From contig CAVHUN010000066.1 in assembly GCA_963639175.1 (NCBI GenBank), forward strand, positions 1 to 61,846: a stretch of 61,846 nt of DNA. Direction: 5' to 3'. The notes under the pieces are model-generated. The model did not search any database, was not told the origin of the DNA, and worked only from the letters and a program-made list of their open reading frames with translations. Positions 38,991 to 48,793 of this stretch are shown here, one piece after another (positions within the stretch are counted from its first letter, which is position 1; the number at the start of each line of letters is the position of its first letter). The translations under genes were made by a program, and so were the position numbers. The DNA is from an uncultured Prevotella sp. (lineage in GTDB: Bacteria; Bacillota_I; Bacilli_A; RFN20; CAG-288).

Positions 38991-39067
38991 TGGTAGCGGG
39001 GGCAGGATTTGAACCTGCGGTCTCCGGGTTATGAGCCCGACGAGATAGGCCACTTCTCTACCCCGCG
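38991..39067 (-). tRNA. initiator tRNA-fMet (anticodon CAT), CCA encoded
   Basis: The revcomp reads CGCGGGGTAGAGAAGTGGCCTATCTCGTCGGGCTCATAACCCGGAGACCGCAGGTTCAAATCCTGCCCCCGCTACCA. It folds as a cloverleaf with three G:C pairs closing the anticodon stem and an unpaired 1:72 position. Confidence 0.9.
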
Positions 39068-39097
39068 ATATCTAAGCACTTTCTTTGTGCAGTATTT

Positions 39098-39126
39098 ATA
39101 TTACCACGCTCTTTTTAATAAATCAA
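39098..39126 (-). promoter_or_regulatory. sigma-A-type promoter for tRNA-fMet
   Basis: On the minus strand: TTGATT (39121-39126), 17 nt spacer, then TAATAT (39098-39103). Confidence 0.5.
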
Positions 39127-39296
39127 GATATATTTAATAATTAACAACTGCGCCAATTTTCAAGCGCTTTCATAATCTATTATTTACATTTTGTTGAACA
39201 AGTGTGAAAAAATAATGTAAAATTATCTTGTTATATAAAAATTTAGATACACTTATTTAAATAATATATTTTATATTTCAATTTGGAGGACCAATA

Positions 39297-39845
39297 ATGA
39301 TTCTTATCACAGGCGCAAGCGCATCTGGAAAAACTGAAACCGCAAAAGAATTAGGAAATTTATATGGTATTAAAAAAGTAGTCACTCACACAACAAGAAA
39401 TCCAAGAGTTGGTGAAGTAGATGGAATTGATTACCACTTTGTTACAAAAGACGAATTTGAAAAATTAAAACAAGAAGATGCTTTTGTAGAAACAACAACA
39501 TATAACAACAATTATTATGGAACTTCTAAAAAAGAAATAGGTGATGATAAAGTCTTAGTTGTTGAAACTAGTGGGGCAAGAGTCTTCCTTTCATTAAATG
39601 ATGAACATATTATGGTCTATAGACTTCATGCTAGTAATTCAACTCGTGCTATTAGAATGAGAAATAGAGGCGACAAAGAAGAAGACATTCAAAAAAGACT
39701 AAAAAATGATGTCACTAGATTTGCTGATGATCAATTAGTAGATAAAAGAATATTTGAAATTGATACTGAAAAATATGACATTAAACAAGTAGCTGAATTA
39801 ATATACAAACATTACATTAATTATTTACAAAATTTAGGCAAATAA
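39297..39845 (+). CDS. guanylate kinase family protein
   Basis: P-loop GASASGKT and THTTRNPRVGEVDGIDYHFVTKDEFEKL, which matches the Gmk core. Confidence 0.6.
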   Translation: MILITGASASGKTETAKELGNLYGIKKVVTHTTRNPRVGEVDGIDYHFVTKDEFEKLKQEDAFVETTTYNNNYYGTSKKEIGDDKVLVVETSGARVFLSLNDEHIMVYRLHASNSTRAIRMRNRGDKEEDIQKRLKNDVTRFADDQLVDKRIFEIDTEKYDIKQVAELIYKHYINYLQNLGK

Positions 39846-39884
39846 ATAGCAAGTAGATTTAATTTTCTACTTGCTATTTTAATT
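39846..39884. terminator. bidirectional terminator between the gmk-like gene and glgA
   Basis: The AGCAAGTAGA / TCTACTTGCT stem is followed by TTTTAATTTT. Confidence 0.65.
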
Positions 39885-41312
39885 TTAACGTTTTAATAAA
39901 TATTTATACAATTCGATGTATTCATTAGCTTGTTTAGACCAAGAGAAATTAGCCTTCATAGCATTTTTAATCATGACATCTAATTCAGGATTCTTACTAT
40001 AATACATATCAATTGCTAAACCAATTGAATAATCAAAGCAGTTTTCATCCCAGCTTGCAAATGAAAAGCCTGTTGATTTTTCTTTATTATCATAATAAGA
40101 AACTACTGTATCATTTAAGCCACCAACTTTACTTACAATTGGTAAGCTACCATAATGCATAGCGATAATTTGACCAAGTCCACATGGTTCAAACATACTA
40201 GGCATTAAGAAGAAATCACTACCTGCATAAATTAAATGTGATAAGCCTTCATTGTATCCAAGATAGACTCTAATGTTATCTGGATATTTTTCTTGCATTT
40301 GCTTTAATTGAGATTCAATATCGTAATCTCCTTGTCCTAAAACAATTAATCTTGCATCTTTTGAAGCAATATTTTCTAAATTTCTTAAAATTCTATGAAC
40401 GCCTTTTTGAGATGTAAGTCTTGAAATTACTGCAAATAATGGTTTATCAATATCATCAGTTTTAAATCCAAATGCTTCTAAAACTGCCTTTTTATTTAAA
40501 TATTTACCATCTTTATATGTATTAATATCGTAATTTGCACTTATAGATTTATCACTTTTTGGTGAAAAGAATGTATAATCAATACCATTAACAATACCAA
40601 ACATATCTGATTGTCTATTATTAAGAATATATCCTAATCCATTAAATGCATTAAAATCAGATAAGAGTTCTCTTGCGTGTGTTATTGAAACAGTTGTAAT
40701 AGCATCACAAGTACAAATACCACCTTTTAATAATGAGACTTGATTATTGAATTTTAATAATCCACTAGAATAATAATATTCTTGTAAATTTAAATATTCA
40801 CCTAAATTATATGAATTAAAATATCCTTGGAACAATGGATTATGAATTGTTAATAATGACTTAAATTTCATACCAGCATCTGCACATAATAATGGTAAAA
40901 TTGCTGTTTGCCAGTCATTAACATGGATGATTTGAGGTCTTAAGTCTAATCTTAAGATAGCTTTTCTAACAGCTTGGCAGAAAAATGAGAATCTTTTTTC
41001 ATCATCTTGATAACCATAAAATCCATCTCTTTCAAAATAAGTGCCACATTCAACAAAATAATAGTCAACACCTTGTTTTGTATCTTTTAAAATGTTTGCT
41101 CCTATCATTTGATTTCCTTGAGGAATTTGAAATGAATCGACAAATTTATAATCATCTAAAACATTGCGTTTAGTTTTTAAATAGAAAGGTAAAAATACAC
41201 TGACTTTATGACCTTTCTTTTTCAAGGCTAAACTTAAACCACTAACTACATCTCCAAGTCCACCAGTTTTAGAAAATGGTACGGCTTCAGATGCTGCTAA
41301 TACTATACGCAT
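39885..41312 (-). CDS. glgA: glycogen synthase GlgA
   Basis: N-terminal AASEAVPFSKTGGLGDVV. The product is 475 aa. Confidence 0.92.
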   Translation of the reverse strand: MRIVLAASEAVPFSKTGGLGDVVSGLSLALKKKGHKVSVFLPFYLKTKRNVLDDYKFVDSFQIPQGNQMIGANILKDTKQGVDYYFVECGTYFERDGFYGYQDDEKRFSFFCQAVRKAILRLDLRPQIIHVNDWQTAILPLLCADAGMKFKSLLTIHNPLFQGYFNSYNLGEYLNLQEYYYSSGLLKFNNQVSLLKGGICTCDAITTVSITHARELLSDFNAFNGLGYILNNRQSDMFGIVNGIDYTFFSPKSDKSISANYDINTYKDGKYLNKKAVLEAFGFKTDDIDKPLFAVISRLTSQKGVHRILRNLENIASKDARLIVLGQGDYDIESQLKQMQEKYPDNIRVYLGYNEGLSHLIYAGSDFFLMPSMFEPCGLGQIIAMHYGSLPIVSKVGGLNDTVVSYYDNKEKSTGFSFASWDENCFDYSIGLAIDMYYSKNPELDVMIKNAMKANFSWSKQANEYIELYKYLLKR

Positions 41313-41313
41313 A

Positions 41314-42438
41314 TTAAACTATATCTCCTCTTTTAATATATTGGACATTTTCTTTTGTACCAACAATTTCCTTTTTATGAATAATTCTAGATTCTTTATC
41401 GCAGACTGCATTTTCAATGTGAGTTGATTCAGAAATATATGTACCTGTTAAAACAATAGAATCTTTGACTACACTACCAGCCTTAATTACAACATTTCTA
41501 CCAATAATAGAATTAATTACTGTACCTTCAATTTGGCTACCATTACCAATAAAGGAATTTTTAATATTAGCGTGAACTCCATATTTAGCAGGAGGAGTAT
41601 CAAATGATTTTGTATAAATTGGCCAGCTAGGGTCAAAATATGTTTCTCTCATTTTTGGATCAAATAAGAATTCTTGTGAATATTCTAAATAATGAGCTAA
41701 TGAATCAAAGCATCTTACAATTCCTTTATATTCATAACAATGAATAGGAATATCTTTATAAATTGTTTTAATAACATCTAATAATGAGAATAAAGAAGAT
41801 TCTTTTTTACCTAATTGAATTAAGCCTTTTAAGACTTCTTTATCAATAATAAAGGTTTGTAAATAAACATTTTCTTCATCTTGAGTTGCTAAATTATCGT
41901 GAATATCAGTTAAGATACCATTTTCATCGACTTTAACTACTTGTTCACCTAAAAATGTTGATTTAGCTTTATTAATCTTGGAATAGAAAAGTGAAATCTT
42001 ATTATTTTTAGCAATGTGGTCTTCAATATATGGTCTAAAATCCATCTTATAAATGATGTGGGTAGGAGCAAATACAAAGACATCTACATCTTCATTTACT
42101 GATTTTATATACCATTCGTTTTCAATTAAATTGTTAATATCGTGATTGTATAATTCATTTGAGGCAAATGGTTCATCATATAAAATGCTAACACCACCTA
42201 ATTTGGAGTTTTCATTATACATATGACCATCACCAATATGTTGAATAATAGAACGTAAATTTTTCTTTACTAAGACTGCCATTCTATCAATTCCAGAATT
42301 AGAGAAATTTGATAATGGAAAATCCATAAATGCATATCTACAAATAACTGATGTAGAAGCAAGTGATCTTGAAGAATTTAATAATCCGCAAGTTGCAGCA
42401 TAATGTAAGTTAACAATACCTATAGCTCTTGAACTCAT
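41314..42438 (-). CDS. glgD: glucose-1-phosphate adenylyltransferase regulatory subunit GlgD
   Basis: GlgC-like fold with a left-handed beta-helix C-terminus, but it lacks the GGxGxRL motif. It sits between glgC and glgA. Confidence 0.8.
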   Translation of the reverse strand: MSSRAIGIVNLHYAATCGLLNSSRSLASTSVICRYAFMDFPLSNFSNSGIDRMAVLVKKNLRSIIQHIGDGHMYNENSKLGGVSILYDEPFASNELYNHDINNLIENEWYIKSVNEDVDVFVFAPTHIIYKMDFRPYIEDHIAKNNKISLFYSKINKAKSTFLGEQVVKVDENGILTDIHDNLATQDEENVYLQTFIIDKEVLKGLIQLGKKESSLFSLLDVIKTIYKDIPIHCYEYKGIVRCFDSLAHYLEYSQEFLFDPKMRETYFDPSWPIYTKSFDTPPAKYGVHANIKNSFIGNGSQIEGTVINSIIGRNVVIKAGSVVKDSIVLTGTYISESTHIENAVCDKESRIIHKKEIVGTKENVQYIKRGDIV

Positions 42439-42453
42439 AATCTTTCCCTCCTT

Positions 42454-43566
42454 TTAGTTATTTACAAGTAAGATGGGTTCACCATCTTTACCTACATATT
42501 CACCTTCAACTTCAATATCAGGAGCAACTATACTTCTTCTAATATGAGCTCCTTTTTTGATTGTTGTATTTGGCATAATAACACTATCTTCAACTATAGC
42601 GCCTTCTTCAATTGTGACACCATGGAAAATAACTGAATGTTTAACTTCACCTGAAATTATTGCACCTTGGTTAGCAATTGAATCAGTTAATGAACCAGTT
42701 GGAGTTACATAACAAGGGAAAGAAAGTGTATCTTCAGATAAGATTCTTGCGTTATTTTCATATAAATCAAGAGTGCACTTTTCATCTAATAAATCCATGT
42801 TGGCTTCCCATAATGAATCTATAGTTCCAACATCTTTCCAATATCCATTAAATGGATAAGCATATAATCTTTTCTTTGCTTCAAGCATGCTAGGAATAAT
42901 GTTTTTACCAAAGTCATTTTCAGAATCTGGATTTTTATGATCTTTTACTAATTCAGCTCTTAAGGCTTTGTAATTGAAAATGTAAATACCCATACTTGCT
43001 AAAGTAGATTCTGGGTTTTTAGGTTTTTCAGTAAATGATTCAATCTTATAATCGCTATCTGCTTTCATAATACCAAATCTTTTTGCTTCTTCTAAAGTTA
43101 CTTGTAAACATGCGATTGTTAAATCGGCATTTTTAGATTTATGGAATGAAAGCATATCATCATAATCCATCTTATAAATATGGTCACCAGATAAAATGAT
43201 TACATATTCAGGATCTTCTTGATCTAAGAAATCCATATTTTGATAAATAGCATCAGCTGTGCCATTATACCAGTTAGCACCTTCATCAGTTTGATGAGGA
43301 GTTAAAACAACAGTCAATGATTTTTTACCATCAATACCCCAGTTAGAACCATTTGATACATAAGTATTTAAAGGTGTAGATTCATATTGAGTTAAAACAC
43401 CTACTGTATCAATTCCTGAATTAGCGCAGTTAGAAAGTGGGAAATCAATAATTCTATATTTTCCACCAAAATAGACTGCAGGCTTAGCTAATTTCTTTGT
43501 AAGTGATTTTAATCTTGTACCTTTGCCTCCTGCTAAAAGCATCGCAACAAATTTTCCTTTTATCAT
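42454..43566 (-). CDS. glgC: glucose-1-phosphate adenylyltransferase GlgC
   Basis: LAGGKGTRLKSLT, FPLSNCANSGI, and a hexapeptide-repeat C-terminus. Confidence 0.92.
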   Translation of the reverse strand: MIKGKFVAMLLAGGKGTRLKSLTKKLAKPAVYFGGKYRIIDFPLSNCANSGIDTVGVLTQYESTPLNTYVSNGSNWGIDGKKSLTVVLTPHQTDEGANWYNGTADAIYQNMDFLDQEDPEYVIILSGDHIYKMDYDDMLSFHKSKNADLTIACLQVTLEEAKRFGIMKADSDYKIESFTEKPKNPESTLASMGIYIFNYKALRAELVKDHKNPDSENDFGKNIIPSMLEAKKRLYAYPFNGYWKDVGTIDSLWEANMDLLDEKCTLDLYENNARILSEDTLSFPCYVTPTGSLTDSIANQGAIISGEVKHSVIFHGVTIEEGAIVEDSVIMPNTTIKKGAHIRRSIVAPDIEVEGEYVGKDGEPILLVNN

Positions 43567-43576
43567 ATTTACCTCC

Positions 43577-44623
43577 TTAATATATTAAAATGCCATTGCC
43601 TTTTTCTTCTTGTTTAAACACTACTTCCCCATTCAAACCATTTACAATTTTTGAAATAACTTGTTGGAAACCAAGTAATGCTTCAGCTTGTTTTTCTAAG
43701 ATTTGAGGATCTAATTTGTTTTTCAAATCTTTTACGAAATTGAACTTAAATCCTTCTAAGAAAATATATAAAGTGTCTTCTTTTAAAAGAATAATTACAT
43801 CAGTTTTAACATAAAATGATAATTTACTAATCGCATCAGCAACTTTCTTATTAATAATTAAATAAACTTCTTGACCTAATGTGGTATAACAAATAAAGTT
43901 TGTAATACTTGATATTTCATCAAAACCATATTTATTAATTTTCAAGCCATCAAATCTATCAAAGCTAGGTTCCCCACTTGATCTAATTTCTAAAAATGAA
44001 TGAGTTCTAACTTTAGATAACTTAGTAGAAATTAACAATCCATCTTTTTTAGATTCATTGTCATTTTTATATTTATAAGCATACATTTTTAAATCTACTA
44101 ATGATGTCTTTAATTCATATTGACTACCTATTTTAGAATTATAAATAGACATGCTTTCTAATACCTTTTCATTATCTTTAATTACATCTAATTTTTCTTG
44201 GTAATTAGTATCTAACAATATGCCGTTTAATTTAGCTTCACTAATTAAACTCTCTTCATATTTTTTTCTATATTTCTTATTGAGTTTTAAATAATGTAAC
44301 TTAACATACAATAAGCAAATAAATACACAAACTAATATGACTACTAATAATATAACTAATCTATAGATGCTCTCTTTAATAGAAAAGTCAAATAAAGACA
44401 CATTAGTATCAAAATAAGGGATAAAATTTAAAGCGCTTACACTTCCAAAAAAATTATTATTAAACAAAAAATAACCTCTAGATAAGCTAGCTAAAAACAC
44501 ATATGCAAAATAAAGCAAAAATACCCCTAGGCTAATTGATATCCCTTGTAGAATATTTCTTCTGATTAACTTTTTTTGTTCTTTTTTAATATAACTTGTT
44601 CCAGAATATACTGTTTTTCCCAT
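43577..44623 (-). CDS. membrane protein of unknown function (possibly DUF3137-like), first gene of the glg transcription unit
   Basis: Two to three N-terminal TM segments plus a ~220-aa soluble domain. Its stop is 10 nt from the glgC start. The family assignment is from memory of the sequence pattern only. Confidence 0.35.
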   Translation of the reverse strand: MGKTVYSGTSYIKKEQKKLIRRNILQGISISLGVFLLYFAYVFLASLSRGYFLFNNNFFGSVSALNFIPYFDTNVSLFDFSIKESIYRLVILLVVILVCVFICLLYVKLHYLKLNKKYRKKYEESLISEAKLNGILLDTNYQEKLDVIKDNEKVLESMSIYNSKIGSQYELKTSLVDLKMYAYKYKNDNESKKDGLLISTKLSKVRTHSFLEIRSSGEPSFDRFDGLKINKYGFDEISSITNFICYTTLGQEVYLIINKKVADAISKLSFYVKTDVIILLKEDTLYIFLEGFKFNFVKDLKNKLDPQILEKQAEALLGFQQVISKIVNGLNGEVVFKQEEKGNGILIY

Positions 44624-44703
44624 AAGATTAATTTTTCTATGACTTAATTATACACTATTTAATTTATACATGAACTAATATAAATTAATTTTTTACTAAA
44701 TTT

Positions 44704-44738
44704 AAAACACTCTAGGTGTTTTTTTACCCAGAGTGTTA
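44704..44738 (-). terminator. terminator-like hairpin after jetC
   Basis: AACACTCTAGG (44706-44716) pairs with CCCAGAGTGTT (44727-44737) with one mismatch. The flanks are T-rich. Confidence 0.45.
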
Positions 44739-44755
44739 ATTTAAGCGCTTAAATT

Positions 44756-47700
44756 TTAATTATTTGCGTTTAATTTTCTTTTATCAACATATCTATCGAT
44801 TCTAGAACGGTTGTGTTTAGTATCGTGCATTACAACTAAAGTCAAATCTACTTCGTTAACTAAATCGGTAACTTTTTCAGTAGGTGTTGATAATATAGCT
44901 TGTAATCCAAAGCTTCTTAATAATGAGACAGCTTCTTTAATTCTTGAACCATCCATTTTTGAGAAAGCTTCATCAAAGATAACTAATCTAATTGTATCTG
45001 CATTTGAATCGTTACTTCTATAAAGTTGAGCAAAGGAAGCTAATATTGAAATGTAGAAAGGAGTTTGAGTTTCACCACCTGATTGTCTTTTGAATGTTCT
45101 TGCTAAACTTGATTCAGATTCATTAGAGCCTCTTTTAACTAATAAGTCAAAGACTAAATAGGTTCTATAATCAGTGAACTTTTCAACGTTTTGAATAATT
45201 TCTTGTCTAGTAGCTATATCATTAGAAGAACTTGAATCGCTAATTAAAGCGAATAAGTTATTCATAATTGGACCATATTTTTCTAAATAGATATCTTCAG
45301 CATCACCAACATTTAATAATAAATCATCAGTGATCATCTTGTAATATTCAATATAGTCTTTATTAGGTTCAACTGAGAAACGATATGAGTCTCTACCAAA
45401 CTTGACATCTTTTAAGGCTTGGTTTAAATCATCAATTTGAGCTTTAATAGTTTCAAATGAATTTCTAAGTTTATAAATAAAGTCATCTTTGAATTCTTTA
45501 ATAGCTTTATTATGAGCAGATTCAATTTGTTTTAAGTAACTAGGAAGCATGACATTTTGTAAGTTTTCTAATTCCTTATCAAAGTCAGCATTTGAATCTT
45601 CTTTAGTTGTATCATAAGACAAATTATAGACTATGGTGTACTTACTTCTTAAATCAACAAGCTTGTCTTTAGCATTCTTTTCTCTATTTTGCATTTGAAC
45701 ATAAGTAGATTGAGCTTCTTGTTTAATTCTAGTAAGAGGCATATTTTCCATAGCGTTATCGAAAAATGGAGCGTATTTTGTCTCAACTAATTCTTGATCA
45801 AATCTCATCAATTTATCACCAAACATAGTAAGGGCGATATTTTTAGCAGGAATTAAATCATTAACAAGTGTCTTATTAGTATTTTCTAATCCACCTTGTT
45901 CAATTAATAACTTATTCTTTTCATCTTCTAATAATTTGATATCAGCATCAATGTCTGCAATCTTTTTATCAAATGCAGAGACTTCATTTAAATCACCTTC
46001 ATGTAATTGTTGTTCTAAATGTTCAATTTCTTGATTGTAAGAATCAACTAATCTCATATCTTCAATATCAGAAATATAGGTGTTAATTTCAGAAGAAGAA
46101 ATAACTTCTAACATTGAAATAGATTTAACATAGGAATTTAAATCGTTATATAAATCTAATTTTCTAGAGATAACATTTAAATCTTCATTTTTAGAAAATT
46201 CAGATTCATTTGAAACTTTAGTACCAATAAAAGGAACATTTCCCTTTCTTTCATCTAAATAGAACGAAGCGAAGTTTCTATAACCAGTGCAGTTTGTTAA
46301 TAAACCATTTCCAGATTCTCTTGCTTCAGCAAATGTTTCGCATTTTTTAACTTTACCAAGTAAGAAATCTGCATATGCTCTTGCGCCTTTATTTGAAGTG
46401 ATAATTTCTTCAGCAACTGAACCATTTGATGCACTAAATTCTCTTTCAATTAATTTTCTTGTATCAACTAATGAAATTGAATAGACATTATATTGTTTAC
46501 AAATCTTAGCTAACATCTTAGCAGCATCTTCATAATATTGATCATCGACAAATAAATTGAATTTTTGATTGAAGATATAAGCTTCTATTGCCTTAGTCCA
46601 TCTTTTATCTTTAATGTCCCACACATCGCAAAATGAAGTGACTTCAACATAATCAAATTTGTCGTTTAATTCATCTTTAAGAGCTTCTTTAATTTGTAAA
46701 TATGTTAAATTAAATGGTTTTTGACCTGAATGAATAGCGCTAATTTCACCGCTTATTGATTTTACTTTGTCATTTAAAGAAGAAATTGAATTTTCAAGTA
46801 AATGACCCATTTTCAAAGCGTAAGAATGTAAAGATGCCATTTGAGATTGGAAATCTTCTAATAAAGCAGAAGAGACATCTTTGATATTTAAACCATTTAA
46901 TAAATCTTGGCAAATAGAAGAAAAGTCAATAATAACATTTTTAAAATCATCTAAAGTATCATTTTCTTTATCTGACAAAAATGAAACATCTAAATTAGCT
47001 AATCTACTATTAATTGCTTTAATTGCATCATCATATTGTCTTAAATAGCTTTTTAAAGTTGTAGATAATAAATTATAGTTATTTTCTAATGAGGCGATCT
47101 TTTCTAATGTAGCGTTCTTTTTAGCTAAGATAGAACTAGATAAAGAATATCCACTTGAACCGACCTTTTTAGCTAAATAAGATTCAGATTCTTTTTTAAG
47201 TTCATTAATTTGTTCATCTTTTTCTTTTAATAATTTACCAATTTGGATAATTCTTGCATTGTTATTTTCTAAAGTTGATTTGTATTTATCTAATTCAACT
47301 TTACAAGTTTCATAATTAGCTCTATCAGTGACATAATCAGCTAATTGTTTATCTTGTTTAGCTTTTTGTAAATTATCATAAGCTTGTTTGATAGCAGTTA
47401 AAGCATCAATTTTAACTTGAATCTTTTTAGCTTCTACTTCTAATAATTTATATTGTTCAATGTTATTTCTCATTGAAGAAATATCGACATTATAATCAAT
47501 ATCGCAGACAAATTCAGTAATAAAGTTAGAAATATTAGTAATTGGAGTAAATGAAACTGCCTTTTTAAATAAGGAAAGATATTTATCAGGTAAGTCACCA
47601 AAGATTTGTTTTAAGAATGTTTGATAACTTAAATTTGTGTCAAAGAACTTATATTGATTTGATTTGTAATTATTTTGGAAAAAAGTTGATAATTCTTTAT

Positions 47701-48163
47701 AAGATAATGGTCTAGAAATTTGATTATCTAAACTATCTTTATTTGTAAAGTTGTTTTCTGGGAAATTATCTTCTAAATAGAAGAAACGATGTTCTTCTTT
47801 ATCATCTTCATAACAATCAAAGACAACACCTAAAGTGAAATTAGAATCATTAGAAGTATCTTTAAATTGTAAAGCAATATAAGAAGTAAATCTTCCAGGA
47901 CGTAAGCACATTATTTGACCTTGGCTTGTTTCACCAGTTTCGCATCTTAAATATCCTCTAAGTGATCTTCCTGTTTTTTCATTAGCGGCTTTGTTGAAGT
48001 TTCTACCAGAAGTATCACCAAGTAATACTATTTGCATAGCATCGATAATTGTTGATTTACCTGTACCATTAGAGCCAGTTAAAAATGTGATGTTTTTAAT
48101 ATCGACTGTGTCGTTAGCAAATAAATGCCAGTTAATTAATCTTAATTTATTTAATTCTTTCAT
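44756..48163 (-). CDS. jetC: SMC-like ATPase, JetC/MksB family (1135 aa)
   Basis: N-terminus LRLINWHLFANDTVDIKNITFLTGSNGTGKSTIIDAMQIVLLGD...FNKAA. A long coiled-coil middle region follows. The C-terminus carries the signature QSGGETQTPFYI and Walker B LVIFDEAFSKMD. Confidence 0.8.
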   Translation of the reverse strand: MKELNKLRLINWHLFANDTVDIKNITFLTGSNGTGKSTIIDAMQIVLLGDTSGRNFNKAANEKTGRSLRGYLRCETGETSQGQIMCLRPGRFTSYIALQFKDTSNDSNFTLGVVFDCYEDDKEEHRFFYLEDNFPENNFTNKDSLDNQISRPLSYKELSTFFQNNYKSNQYKFFDTNLSYQTFLKQIFGDLPDKYLSLFKKAVSFTPITNISNFITEFVCDIDYNVDISSMRNNIEQYKLLEVEAKKIQVKIDALTAIKQAYDNLQKAKQDKQLADYVTDRANYETCKVELDKYKSTLENNNARIIQIGKLLKEKDEQINELKKESESYLAKKVGSSGYSLSSSILAKKNATLEKIASLENNYNLLSTTLKSYLRQYDDAIKAINSRLANLDVSFLSDKENDTLDDFKNVIIDFSSICQDLLNGLNIKDVSSALLEDFQSQMASLHSYALKMGHLLENSISSLNDKVKSISGEISAIHSGQKPFNLTYLQIKEALKDELNDKFDYVEVTSFCDVWDIKDKRWTKAIEAYIFNQKFNLFVDDQYYEDAAKMLAKICKQYNVYSISLVDTRKLIEREFSASNGSVAEEIITSNKGARAYADFLLGKVKKCETFAEARESGNGLLTNCTGYRNFASFYLDERKGNVPFIGTKVSNESEFSKNEDLNVISRKLDLYNDLNSYVKSISMLEVISSSEINTYISDIEDMRLVDSYNQEIEHLEQQLHEGDLNEVSAFDKKIADIDADIKLLEDEKNKLLIEQGGLENTNKTLVNDLIPAKNIALTMFGDKLMRFDQELVETKYAPFFDNAMENMPLTRIKQEAQSTYVQMQNREKNAKDKLVDLRSKYTIVYNLSYDTTKEDSNADFDKELENLQNVMLPSYLKQIESAHNKAIKEFKDDFIYKLRNSFETIKAQIDDLNQALKDVKFGRDSYRFSVEPNKDYIEYYKMITDDLLLNVGDAEDIYLEKYGPIMNNLFALISDSSSSNDIATRQEIIQNVEKFTDYRTYLVFDLLVKRGSNESESSLARTFKRQSGGETQTPFYISILASFAQLYRSNDSNADTIRLVIFDEAFSKMDGSRIKEAVSLLRSFGLQAILSTPTEKVTDLVNEVDLTLVVMHDTKHNRSRIDRYVDKRKLNANN

Positions 48164-48172
48164 ACTAACTCC

Positions 48173-48790
48173 TTAGTTGTTATCTTGATTTTCTGGATTA
48201 ACAAGCATGTTATACAATGCATTTAATCTAGCATTTGAAATAACATAACGAATGCTTGGTAAGATGTAAAATTCATAATTAGAATCGTTAAATGACCCCT
48301 TAGATAAACAGATGATATTATAAGAAGATAAAGTTCTTAAGCTAGCTTGAATAGTGACATTAGAAATTCTTTTTGAAACTGTAGATAAAGCTAAATCTCT
48401 TAATAACCCTCTTAAACTAGAAGCATCCATTTTTACTTCGTTAGATGAAGTGTTATTGCCTAACTTATCTTCATAATATGAACGTAAAGCGTAAATTACT
48501 AAAGTAGTAACTCCATCAATTCTAATCTTATTTGTATCTAAATCAGAAGTGGTGTAAATTACCCCATTATCTGAATCCATATTTAAACTGATACCTGCAA
48601 AATCTAAATAGTCACTTATTAAATCATAATGTCTTTCAACAAATAAATAAGATGAATTGATTTTGCCTAAGGAAGAAGTTTTATCAAAAGTTCTTCTTAC
48701 TAAATAGCATCTATATAATAAAGTAGAAACAACATCTTGGAATTGAGCTTGTTCGCCCCTACTTAATTTAGAATAATCTTCTTCAAACAT
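48173..48790 (-). CDS. jetB: JetB/MksE-like (DUF4194-type) subunit, 205 aa
   Basis: Assigned by size, by position between the kleisin-like and SMC-like genes, and by a DUF4194-like pattern (FQDVVSTLLYRCYLVRR...YLFVERHYDLISDYLDFAGISL). The RBS of jetC overlaps its stop codon. Confidence 0.6.
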   Translation of the reverse strand: MFEEDYSKLSRGEQAQFQDVVSTLLYRCYLVRRTFDKTSSLGKINSSYLFVERHYDLISDYLDFAGISLNMDSDNGVIYTTSDLDTNKIRIDGVTTLVIYALRSYYEDKLGNNTSSNEVKMDASSLRGLLRDLALSTVSKRISNVTIQASLRTLSSYNIICLSKGSFNDSNYEFYILPSIRYVISNARLNALYNMLVNPENQDNN

Positions 48791-48793
48791 AAA

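Noticed and set aside
39297-39845. The stand-alone guanylate-kinase-like gene as part of a nucleotide-signalling or defence module.
   Set aside because: It is monocistronic, with its own promoter and terminator. Its neighbours are a tRNA and glgA, and it has only ordinary Gmk motifs. Nothing in the sequence supports a special role.
43577-44623. Could the 348-aa gene after jetC be a divergent JetD nuclease?
   Set aside because: It starts with two to three TM helices and has no Toprim-like acidic motifs. A hairpin and a 132-nt gap separate it from jetC, and it is tightly coupled to glgC instead.
44756-48163. The 1135-aa ATPase as SbcC, RecN, canonical SMC or a Lamassu LmuB.
   Set aside because: The N-terminal NW...GSNGTGKST..DA...FNKAA pattern and the two small upstream partner genes fit Jet/Mks. 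There is no SbcD-like nuclease, no ScpA/ScpB, and no Lamassu-type effector gene adjacent.
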